From the NCBI GenBank assembly GCA_951406725.2, contig OX597815.1, forward strand, positions 154,008,001-154,072,000: DNA of 64,000 nt, given 5' to 3'. Each line of letters starts with the position of its first letter. The stretch's first letter is position 1. The DNA comes from Octopus vulgaris. Lineage: Eukaryota. The position numbers were made by a program, and so were the translations under genes. Below are positions 52,551-64,000 of this stretch, piece after piece. The notes under the pieces were generated by a model. The model had not been told where the DNA came from, made no database searches, and saw nothing but the letters and a program-made list of their open reading frames with translations.

Positions 52551-55500
52551 TCTGTATATATAAAAGGCAAGATGTCTGTGTGTGTGTGTGTGTGTGGGTG
52601 TACGTGAATGTACGTTTATGCACGTCTACAAATTAGCACACATGTCGCTTCAATTTTAGGAGGACATTTATCCCGACCCTAGCTGTATTTTCATCAAATT
52701 ATCTTTCCCGAGTCACCCGCAGGTAGTAGTAAAAATCGATTTTCAACCTTAACTTTTACCAATTTTCAAGTTTGCTTACATGTGTTAAATCCCTTATTGC
52801 CATAGCGAAGTGAGAATGTGTGTGTGTGTGTGTGTGTGTGTGAGGGAGAGATAGAGTAAGTGACAGCGTTCACCAAAAATAAAAAAGTAAAATGTTCTTT
52901 TTTCTTAAACACGAGATATAGTATTCAAATTTAGGATGTTTTTGAAAGACACTATATTTTATAATCAGATTATATATACTTTCTCACACAACAATTAAAA
53001 TATATTTATTTTAAATCATTTATGTATTTTAAATCGTTCATATTTCTCCCCCTCTCTCTCTCACACACATTACTTTGGGCGCGAAAGAGTTTTCTTTTTC
53101 TTTAGGCGCGGAAAAAAGTGTTTTGTTGAGAATCCATTTATTTAACAACATAGAAACAAAGAGGTAGGGTAACAATTTGTTAGTGAATTACACAAGATAA
53201 ATGGGTAAAATTCATGAGGCTCTACCCCACCCCGCCCCGTTTCTAGGACTACAAAAAGGATTTTGTAGCATATTAGGAGGCCAGGGTAGATGATTCTTAG
53301 TGAAAATAGTGTGAGTGTTATCTAAAAATTTGCCTGAGGTTTTCATGGTAAATTTCAGATTTAAAAAAAATGTTTTCCATATTCTTAATCTCCATATTTT
53401 TCCACGTAAATTGAAAATTTATTGGTGAAAAGATCGATGGGTATGGAAGGTCAAATTTCCGAGGCATCCACCACACCCCACCCTGTTTTTCGGACCACAA
53501 AAAGGGTTTTGTAGCATATTAGAAGGCCAGGTTAGTTGATTCCACGCAAACATTCCGATTCCATTTTTTCTTAGTGAAAATCGTGCAAGTGTTAATCTAA
53601 AAATTTGAACTAAAATCTTTTTTCCATTCATTTCTGTTTATGAAATACTCTGTACGTAATTTTGCTTTCTCAGTGGTCAAAGCAAATGATGACTGACATT
53701 GGATACAATGACCTACAGTAATGCGCTGATTGAAATCTGACATTGGATACAATGACCTGATCTACAATAATGCGCTGATGGAAATCGAGGATGTCCTGCT
53801 CACAATGGGTGGGGAAGCGTTGAACACATTCGGTTTGGCATTCTCATTGTGACAGGACGTTAACATACTCCCACCAAAGTTACTTCTAGTGTTGTCGTAT
53901 GACGCTGATGGCCTTGCGAAATACCTGAGAGTAAATGAACCGAAATTGCTCCCTGATCAGAGGCTGGTGTACGAAACTGTCGTCAGTGCCGTTGAAAAAC
54001 AGGCGGGCGGCATTTTTTCCGTGATGCTGCTAGAGGTACCGGCAAATTCTTTGTAATACAACTAATACTTGCTAAGATTGGTCGCGAGAAACAAATTGCG
54101 CCAGCCGTTGCTTCCTCGGGAATTGCCGGGGAATAGGAAGGTGCACTCGGCATTCAGCTGCCTTTACATTTGGTGAGGGCCGAGGTTCCTACTTGCAACA
54201 TTGGCAAAAATTCAGAGGAAGCTGAAGTTCTTAGACAGTGCCGTCTCATTATATGGGACGAATGCACAATGACCAATAAGGGTGCCTTTGCGGGATCGGA
54301 CCAGTTACTGAAAGGTATCAGGGATTCTACAGTTCCTATGGGTGGTGTAACTCTATTGCTTTCAGGAGATTTCCGGCAAACCCTTCTTGTCACCCCTAAA
54401 GGAAGCTAGGCTGATGAAGAGCGCGCATGCCTTAAGTCATCCATGCTGTGGCTCCAGGTTACGACCTTAAGCCTAAGCACAAACATGCGTGCGTACTTGC
54501 TTGGTGATAGCACGTCTACAGCATTTGATGAAGACATTTTAGCCCTTGGAGAAGACAAGGTCCCTAGGAATGCTAAGGGGCGACATATCCATCTCTGAAC
54601 TGTGCAACACCATAGACAACCATTCGGATCTTTTGGAAAAAGCGTTCCTCAATCTGGAAAGTAATTATGCAGACATCAATTGGCTCAGTGAAAGAACCAT
54701 CCAGGCCCCCCAAAAAGTAGCTGTGAGTGCTATCAACGACCAACTCATAAACCGAATTCCGGATAAGGATCGCATCTAGAAATCGATTGACCCCACCTCT
54801 GACTCCCAAGATATTGTCAATTACCCTATCGAGTTTCCCAACTCATTGGAGCCAGCAGGGCTTCCACCTTACATTCTTAGGCTAAGGGTTGAATGCCCAA
54901 TTATGTTAATCAGAAACTTGTTTCCGCCTAAACAGTGCAACGGGACCCTCTTAGTAATCAAGTCCCTGACGCCCCACTTGATTGAGGCCACCATTGTTAC
55001 AGGATGCGGAAGGGGTGAAAATGCTTTCATTTCATGGATGCAGCTTTATCCCTCGGGGACAGACATGCCGTTTAACTTCCGCAGATCGCAGTTCCTGGTG
55101 AGACCATGTTTCGCAATGACTATCAACAAATTCCAAGGCCAAACACTATCGGTGGCAGTCATTTATTTGGGGTTTTCCATTCAATCAGGATAAAAAATTG
55201 ATAAACCGATTCCTTATAGGATTTCCCACTAAAATTTGCTACACCCCATTTTCAACCATAATTTTACTAATTTTGATATATTTTGCTCAAAATTGATGCC
55301 AGCATTACTTAAAACACATGGGATCTTTGAATGCTTTAAGTTCTCAAAAAAACAAAAAAAAAAAAAACAATCGATGATTGGAAATAATCGATAAACCGAT
55401 TTCTTATGGGATTTCCCAATCAAATTGCCTGCAACCCATTTTCAGCCAAACATTTACCATTTCAACGGATTTCGTTCAAATTTGATGTCAGTGTCACTTA

Positions 55501-55576
55501 TTTTGGTTTGAAATAAAGCGCTTGATCACTTAATAATCCTAACTTAATCCCAGGCAACTCCGGGCTATACTGCTAG
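52551..55576 (+). mobile_element. Internally deleted Helitron with a PIF1-helicase remnant
   Basis: 5' A|TCTGTATATATAAAA. 3' hairpin cccaggcaactccggg, then CTAG at 55573-55576. Internal RepHel helicase motifs. Confidence 0.88.
53740..55175 (+). pseudogene. Helitron RepHel PIF1-like helicase domain, disrupted
   Basis: GTGKFF, AVASSGIA, LIIWDECTM, LLSGDFRQTL, GLPPYILRLRVECPIMLIRNL, CNGT, FAMTINKFQGQTL, with stops and frameshifts. Confidence 0.92.
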
Positions 55577-55659
55577 CAAACGATATAACTATTGAATTAG
55601 CAACAAATTCTGATTTTGTTTCAGTTCTGTGGCTGTTTTCTTAGACAGTCCAAAACAAG

Positions 55660-56865
55660 GTAAGAAGTCTCTTAGAGTAAGAAAGTATGAAGAAAGAGAA
55701 ATTAAGATGAAAGGAATGAATTTGCTTAAGACTTGAAAGAGTTGATGTTATAAGAAGATAGAAATCAAAGAGACGGAATGGATGGAAGGTATAGAAGTTC
55801 GAGGAAAAAGGATACAACTGTAGAAATACTTTCTCATTGGTGGAAGCAAAACAGTGTTTAGATTAAAATGCCGGGAGTTTCGAGTCAGGCAAGGTGGCAC
55901 AAATTGATCTGAAACTAAAAAAGAAATTTCATCAGAGCACTTCTTGTGGCACTAAAGATAGAAAAGATTAAGACTGGCTACGTCACGTTGATTGTGACAA
56001 ATATTGCCGAGTTGAAGGAATAGAGGGCCCAATCATATTAGAGAATCGCTTCTGAACCCGTTTGAGGAAAATGCAAGTAACAAGATAGTGCACCTGCACC
56101 AAATATGACAATAATATCCTATGCAAAGACAAATTGCGGATTTGCAATGGCCCCGGATGTGAGCTAGTCGTTTGATCGATACAGTGATACAACCTTACGG
56201 GAAGCAGACCTGCCAATTGACTGTACGTAAGGGCCATAAGAACGATCAGGTTAGAAATTAAGACCAAGGTATTTCAAAGAAGACCTTTTCTTTTGTGGTT
56301 TGACTCATTTTGTGACACCTAAGATCTATAACTCATGAAAATGGAGGGAAGATACTGAAGAATACTGAAAGGCATGAATTTGTTATTGCCAGGGTTGAAA
56401 GTTTGTAGTCACTTCTCTCCCCATTTCTCAACAGCTTGCAGATCCACCTCAAGGTTCGCATCAAATCCCAACCGTTTCAAGGACAGCGGAAATAAAGAGT
56501 AGCATCCTTAGCATAAACATTGATAAATTGAAGAATATTGGCAAGAAGATCGTTCATGTAAGAAACTATGAAGAAAGAGAAATGAGGATGAATAGAACTG
56601 GATGACGACTGAATCCTTCAGGAACACCAGCGTTGATAGAATACCCAAAAGAAGTAACACCATCTAGAGTCACATGCACAAAACAATCAGAAATTCATGA
56701 CCTGATGACGTCAAAGATCTTTCCACACAGACGATACGCAGAGAACTTATAGAGCAAAGCAGCATGCAAAACCCTATCAAAGGTTTTGAATATATCCAGT
56801 GCTATACCACGGTCCTCTCCTGATTTATTCCTCAATCGGTTGATGCGGTCTGTATTAGCGGATTA
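55660..56865 (-). mobile_element. Degenerate LINE ORF2, 3' part (I/Jockey/CR1-group; clade uncertain)
   Basis: TDRIN..., IALDIFKTFDRVLHAALLYK, LKRVQKR, SYNINSFKS. Confidence 0.75.
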
Positions 56866-57151
56866 GCCCTCCTTTGGGTATTTACCACTTCCGAGGTTCT
56901 GCTAACTATGAAACATTTGTCGCCTGGATTTTATCTACTCCTTTCCCTAATGTTGGACATACATACGTACATACATACATACATACATACATACATACAT
57001 ACATACATACATACATACATACATACATACATACATACATGCGTGCATACATATAGTAGAAGACATTTGCTCAATGTGCCACAGATTGTGACTGAACCCG
57101 GACCCATGTGGTTGGGAAACAAGCTTCTTACCACACAGCCATGCCTGCGCT

Positions 57152-57267
<116 letters not shown>

Positions 57268-58150
57268 TTAAGGAGTAAATCCAAACTTACCGGGTAACAT
57301 TAGATCTAGGATTAAATCTAATTTTACAGTATAAATATATATATTAAATTAGAGATAAAACCACTATTAGGCAACTCAAACAGTGAAAAACATAAATCAA
57401 AACATAGAAATAAAATTCATTAATATAATATACAAAATATATAAAATATAAAATTCAAAATTTAAATTAGATTATTTGTGGGTTTATTATGTTTTTTCAA
57501 AGCCATATTATATCTGAATAGATAAATACATTTTCTATCTATTCTTACCTTAAAAATTAATACTTAAAAAATAATATTTAACATTATAATCGATTGTATG
57601 ACATAATCATAATCGTTAAAGTTTCTAGTTTGATAATAGAGTTTTTTTATAAGAAAAATAATTATTTTATTTATTTCTTAAAAAGAATATTGTTTAAATA
57701 TATTTCGTTATTTATTTAAATATTATCATTAACCTGAAGATTGACTATAACCATAATTCGAATTATTAATTGAATTTAAATTATTGTTATTCGAATTAGG
57801 TTATGGGCATGAAACGATCGTAGTAGTTTTACTTTTTATCTTATATTAAACTTTTTAATACTTTTTGATAGTTATATATATTAAAAAAAATATATATAAT
57901 TAAAAAGATAAAAAAATAAAAAATAAAAATAAAAATAATAACAATAATATATATATATATATAAATTTATAAGTATAAATTAATAATTAAAAAAATTTGA
58001 ATTTTAAATTTAAATAATTTAAATTTTGAATTTTATATTTTATATATTTTGTATATTATATTAATTTATTCTATTTCTATGTTTTGGTTTATGTTTTTCA
58101 CTGTTTGATTTGCCTAATAGTGGTTTTATCTCTAATTTAATATATATATA
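57268..58150. mobile_element. AT-rich Penelope-like element end with ~135-bp inverted arms (~57335-57470 and ~58015-58150)
   Basis: attaaattagagataaaaccactattaggcaa pairs with ttgcctaatagtggttttatctctaatttaat. Hammerhead-like motif in the spacer. Flanked by (TAA)n and (TA)n. Confidence 0.7.
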
Positions 58151-58172
58151 TATATATATTCCCACAAATTAT

Positions 58173-58219
<47 letters not shown>

Positions 58220-58253
58220 ATGTGTCTGTATGCGGTTGTGAGTCTGTGTGTTT

Positions 58254-58891
58254 ATGTACATGCGTATGCGCATAACAGACGCTACCACCCTATGAGAAAA
58301 CGATAGAAGACTTCAGATAACTTACGGTTGACCTGATATGCTAAAGCCGAATGATCTTACTTCAACGAATAGCAACAATACTGATTTTCTGTACGATAAA
58401 TAAACAGTCTGATAATATTTTTGTATCACATAGACGAGTCATTTTATTGTTTTGTCTAAGTAATCCATGGCGTTTAAAAACCTTAATATGATAACAGTAC
58501 ATCTATTTATACGCATTAGAATAAACTATGTGACTATCATATCGGCATTTTTGTCTTTCTTGTTTTATTGTCTATTTCAATGTACGGACATCTGGTATAT
58601 CTTTCATTTACGAAACAAAAAGAAAAAAAATGTTTTCTTCGCTGACACATACAAGAAAAAATCATTGTTGTCTCAGATTGAGAAGAATAGAATCAGCCTT
58701 CCACGTGGTAAGTTGTTTTGCAGATGATTGATAATTTAGTTGCAGGCAAATGCTAAATTTTGTCTTCGCTGGGTCAACAAAAATCAGGTGATATTCTTAT
58801 AGGAATTAGCTTAACAATATAACCAAAGTAACACCAAAGTATAAATTATATGTTTCTGGTTTTGCTTAAAATACTAACATTGATTAAAATA
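58254..58891 (+). repeat. ~640-bp direct duplication, copy 2
   Basis: Collinear with 51882-52530. Confidence 0.92.
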
Positions 58892-59700
58892 GAACGAGAT
58901 CACGAAAACCATACCGATCATCAACTAGGAGTTTCAAACATTTATTAAACTCAACCAACCTGTTGTTGATGAGCCGTTCAAAGACCTTGCTAACAACCGA
59001 GAGGAAACTAATCAGGACAATCTTTTTTATCAGAAGGCTCTTCATCATTCTGATTGATATTAGGCACCTTCCAGCAAGGTGGAAAACAAGACTTAGCAAG
59101 GGAAAAATTAAATAACTCAAAGAGCAAACAAGACATCTCAGGAGCACATTGTTTCACGACAAATACAAGAATGTTGTCACGAATAGATGCTTTAGACTGG
59201 TCAAACCCAGAGATCAAAGTAAAGGGGAATTTGTAGTCATAACAGATCAACGTAAAGGCTAATTTGTAGTCATAACAGACTACAAAATCAAGAGCCTATT
59301 CTGTATGAGAGGGAAACGCAGGAAGAGATACACTCGAATCATCAAGAGTGGATTTAGCGGTAAACAAACGAAGAAAGAGGTAATTTTTTTCTGCAGAGAA
59401 CCTAGAACATCTGACACTATCAAAAGCTGGGGGCTCTACAGACATACCATGATTGAAAATACTATTGTAGATTTTCCAAAAGTGGCGACTTCCAAACCGC
59501 TATGAGGCAATGGATTCACGAACCCAGCGTGCAGTAGAAGAATTAGCTTCGACAATAGCTCTTTTGCATCAACATTAGCGAGTCGAGACTGATCCCGCTA
59601 AAAGTATTGATAAAAGAGAGTCCGATGAGTAGTAGCAGATACACATTGTGCATTAAGCCAAGTCAGAGAGTGAGGTTTTACTCAGAAATTGCGACTAGGA
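58892..59700 (-). mobile_element. LINE ORF2, 5' part of RT (continues into 55660-56865)
   Basis: KQCAPEMSCLLFELFNFSL...FPPCWK, ISFLSVVSKVFERLIN, DRYGFR. Confidence 0.8.
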
Positions 59701-61440
59701 ATAAAAGTATGAATACCAATCTGTACCCACTCTAATTTTAATGGAATGGTTCAATACGGTGAACTAGGTTGTTTATAAAACAAGATGTCTTTATAGACAG
59801 AATTAAATGTCATTGGCATCAATAGTGTTGATCACTTACTAAGCACTATTTCTTATCATGAAATGTAACACAGTTTAGTCGATTATCTATGGTGATGTGA
59901 ATCGCTAACAAATGAACATATACCAAAATTTCGCAGGAATATTGATAGTTTATGTAATGTCCTTAGCTCTACTGCTTCTCCCCACCAGGCATTTAATGCT
60001 CTCAGCGGATTATTCCAATTAACTCTAATATCTACCACCGGTATATATGTGTCATTGATAGAAATATATTGACTGGGAGAATGCAACAAGTGTCTGCACC
60101 CGGATTGAAACAGTAATAACTAGAAATTCCAATCTCCTGGAATGAATACATATTTTTTGATTCGAGATCTTGTACAGATTATATGCGATCCAGTCATCAT
60201 GTGCGAATATTGATTTTTCATAATAGCTTTAAAGCTACCAAATTGGAAGAAGTGGGCTTAAGCGATTTACTAGGTCTTGATGTGTTTTATGAAAGATAAA
60301 ATCAAGCCCACTGGGATATGAGATTTTTTTATATTAATATTTATACAGGGGAATTCATTTCAAACAGTTTGATATCTTGACAGTTTGGTTAGAGAAAGAA
60401 AACATATAAAGATGAGTAGATATATTGTAATTCGATTGAGATAGAAGCGGCCAAAGATAATAAACAATAGAGTGACAGCCTGCTGTCAATTGTTAAAAGT
60501 TTTAGAAAAGCTGAAACAGCAATAACTGTCAAGGAACTTGTTACATTGTTCTCAATGTTTTAGTATCAAAATGGTAATATATCTAGTACATCACACTGGA
60601 TGTATATATGAAATATATGATATAGAAGCTCTTTATTTCCTTTAATTTGCAAAGCTCATTTGCATCTATATTATATCAATATAGTATTTTCACACATAAT
60701 GTTATGATATCTATATAATTATAGCATCATTATGTTTGTGCCGAAATTAGTGTGTGAGCTGGTGTATTAGGAACAGTAGAAGATCATGAAATTCATATAT
60801 CGCTCTTAACATTATGACTTTAAACACTCGCCAGGGATTGAATTTCTCTCTAATTCTTCAACGTCCTAGAGAATAATTAGCAGTTATCTACTGAGGAGGG
60901 CATCATAAGCCACTGAATCACTTCCATTTACAATTACAACATTTACAATTACCAAATTGGTTTTAGATAAAAGTTTCCTTGCATATGTGCTAAACCAAGA
61001 ATTAACTTGAACAGGAGATATTTAATCAAAGATTTAGGATCCGGGTGATCTGTGTCATACTAACATAAGAGGACAAATATACAACCATTTGTTACAATAA
61101 TTTCATATCCCTAAAGTAGATAACGTTCCTTCGTCAGAATGATGTAAAATGTGCTTCTGATTGGATGATGTGCCACCGCGTATGAAATGTTTTGTGGAAA
61201 TTAACATTTTGTTGATTTCATTAATAACTAAAGATCTATTCATGTAGAGTAGATATTTCAAATGTCTTTATAGAAAAAAATCACTTTAGCCAGTTAAAAA
61301 GGGGTCCATTTTACACACACACACACACACCATATATATATATGAATTAAATCAGTTTGATTCAAACTGTTTTGAGCCATACATGTAACTCCCAACAAAT
61401 TTGTTGATTGTTCGTCTTTCGTTTGTCCACTCACTTAAAG

Positions 61441-62686
61441 TAATGGAAACACCTTAAAATTTCAAACAAAGTTATTTTAATACGGAGTAGGACCGCCTTT
61501 GGCAATAATTAGAGCTTGAATTCTACGAGATGTGAACTCGTACAAAGTTTGAATTGTTTCCAAAGGAATTTTTGTCCATTCTTCAATTATGACCGTCTCC
61601 AGTTCTTGTAGTGATGATGGTGGAGGATATCGACTCCTTACCTGTCTTTCTAAAATGCACCATAAATGTTCAATAATATTGAGATCTGGCGACTGTGGTG
61701 ACTAGATAACTCTACTGGAATGTTCCTCGTGCCATTCATTAACATCTTTGGTGCATTATCATCCTGAACGATTGCTTTTCCCTCTGGAAACAATTCTGCA
61801 AATATAAGATGAATTTGATTAGATAAAATGCTTAAATAGTCTTGACTATTAATTCTGCCATGATAAGAAACCATTGAGCCAGCGGATTTCCAAGATATAG
61901 CCCCTCCCCACCGCCGCGATTATCAAAGATCCTCCTGCATGTTTAACAGTTGGAAGAAAGCAGTCTGGGTCAAATGCTTCTTTTGGCTGTCTCCACATGT
62001 ATGATCGGCTGGTGGTCGGAAATAAGGTAAAAGATGACTCGTCCGAGAAAATAACATTCTTCCAATGCTCTAGGGACTAATTCTGTAGGTTTTACTCAAA
62101 TCCAAACGCTCTGCAACGTTTGTTTTCGAAAGTAGTGGTTTTCTGATTGCCACCCTCCCGTGGATTACGGCTTTGTGCAGCTCCCGGCAAACGGTTTTTG
62201 TAGAAACTGTGTTCTCGAGGTGGTCATTAAGCTCTGCATAAATTTTGGGAGTTGTAATTTTGTGACCCTTACTAACAATTCTCTTAAGAATCCGACGGTC
62301 CCCATATGAAAGTTTTGGTTTTCTTACGAAGCTTTGTTTCAACGAGGTGGTTTTTCCCCCTTTTCTCAAAGGCTGTCATTACTTTCTAGACAGTACTTTT
62401 TGATACACCAAAAATTTCGACTGTTTCCGTTATTCTGGCGCCTGCCATACCAGCACCAACAATTCGACCTCTTTGAAAGTCCGGTAGATCTGTCATTTTA
62501 ATGAATTTTTATTACCTTTCTTCTGATGATATCTGAAAAGAAACAGCAATTTTAGCGAAACATATTAAGTAACACTAATAGTAAATCAAAAATCATAAAC
62601 ATAAATAAGCATTTGACGGGTTTATAGTTATTTCAAAATTATGATGCTATGATGCTAGGTGTTTCCATTATTTTGTCCAACCCCTG
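61441..62686 (-). mobile_element. Tc1-family transposon relic
   Basis: Right TIR aggtgtttccattattttgtccaacccctg|TA. Left end keeps only taatggaaacacct. Transposase remnants MTDLPDFQRGRIVG, TVSTKTVCRELH, IRKPLL, IFSDES, QDDNAP. Confidence 0.88.
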
Positions 62687-62916
62687 TATAGATATACATA
62701 TGTCTGTGTGTGTGTTTGAGTGTCGGTGTGAAAGAATGAGTGTGTGTGTGTGTTAGTATGTGTGTGTGTGTGTATTTTTAGTATACTGCACAAAATCAAT
62801 TGCATTAGATCTTCTTGTAACCCATGACCATTTCCTTTAGCGACATACTCTTTCTCAATCTATCTGTCTATCTCTTATTAGCTAGCTCTCTAGCAAGATA
62901 TCTACCTCCCTATCTA

Positions 62917-62953
<37 letters not shown>

Positions 62954-63019
62954 TATATGTATGCATATATACATACATATATGTACATATTTACATATAT
63001 ATGTATATACATATGCATA

Positions 63020-63366
63020 TGTGGGCACAGGACGTCACAGAAAGTAAACAACATATAATACGAAATACGAAGAAATGGAACATGAACTTTTTCGAACGAA
63101 AGAAACAAAAATGGAAAACAAGACAAGCAACATAGAGAACAACCCTTCATAAGTTGTCGGCTGTTTTTCTATTCCGTATTTCGAGCAATTCTCGACAAGA
63201 TACGCCTTCGACAAAACAGTTACTCCCGCAAGGCAAATTAAATACAATTCGGGATTTTGCGGCGGGTCAAAATTGGTTACAAAACCAGGATAGTGAAAAC
63301 GAACAGGAAAGGCTTCTAAGACTAACGAGTTGAGGTGGCAAACGCGCTGGAACAAGCTTGGACAGG
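63020..63366. mobile_element. Interspersed repeat between TA tracts, probably Penelope-like
   Basis: TA-flanked with a tttcgagc motif like 10191 and 51435. Family not certain. Confidence 0.4.
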
Positions 63367-64000
63367 ATATATATATATATATATATATCTACCTCTGTAT
63401 CTACCTATATATACATATACATATGCATATATATATATATATAAGCCCAATAGACTCCAACGAAAAATATCCACGTTGCTGCTGTAGGTATTCTCTTACG
63501 CTTCTATGATGAGGCGTAAGTTCATCAGATCTGTGGGAACTATTTAGATGAAGCCTAGAAACGGTTTCATCGAAAGAGGGAAATAAATTGCTTTAATTTA
63601 TCAATGCACTAAAGGAAACAATGAAAATTAACTCAAGATGATATTTACGAGTAAACTTATATAAATTTGTGTTCTTGTTATTTTCCATTTGTGAGTTATT
63701 GTCCATACATATCTTATTAGTTTTCACAAGGCTCTAAATTTCTTGTGAACGAAAATCTCTTGGGTATCGAAAGCCCCTAATTTCAACATTTGTTGTAATA
63801 TCGGACATTTAAATATATTATTTATATTTTCATTCTATAAATCAAGTCTTCTGGGCAAACTCACGCATAAGTATAAGTATATATATAAACAACGTATATA
63901 TATTGAAGATAAAGCTGAGCAGACATAAGAACAAACGAGTTGAGTATCTTAGTTTTCTTTGATTTCCCCCGTGCCACACAAAAATTGATCGAATTACAGC

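Noticed and set aside
53740-55175. Host PIF1 helicase gene
   Set aside because: Intronless, disrupted and enclosed by Helitron termini.

Overview
AT-rich, microsatellite-dense eukaryotic DNA. The SINE families and the (TA)n/(CA)n/(TAA)n load suggest an octopus or other coleoid cephalopod (inferred, not verified). The only host gene I can firmly support is the 3' end of a villin/advillin-family gene on +: five phase-0 exons at 2974-13804 encoding the end of gelsolin repeat 6, a linker and the headpiece, with a GC-AG last intron. The rest is mostly mobile DNA: two R4/Dong-type RLE LINEs, CR1-, RTE- and I/Jockey-group LINE remnants, three Tc1/mariner relics, two Helitrons, a long-TIR MITE with a TTAGGG core, many SINEs, and Penelope-type terminal repeats carrying hammerhead-like motifs. 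The most notable observations are: (i) two related ~1.7-kb ORF1-only (zinc-knuckle, no RT or endonuclease) elements, one with a 15-bp TSD and a 3' tail shared with a local SINE; (ii) a Penelope-like inverted repeat carrying mirror-image minimal hammerhead motifs, whose loop is a 27-nt exact copy of DNA ~710 bp upstream. Most ORFs in the supplied track are microsatellite artefacts. All alignments were done by eye and element boundaries are approximate unless stated.
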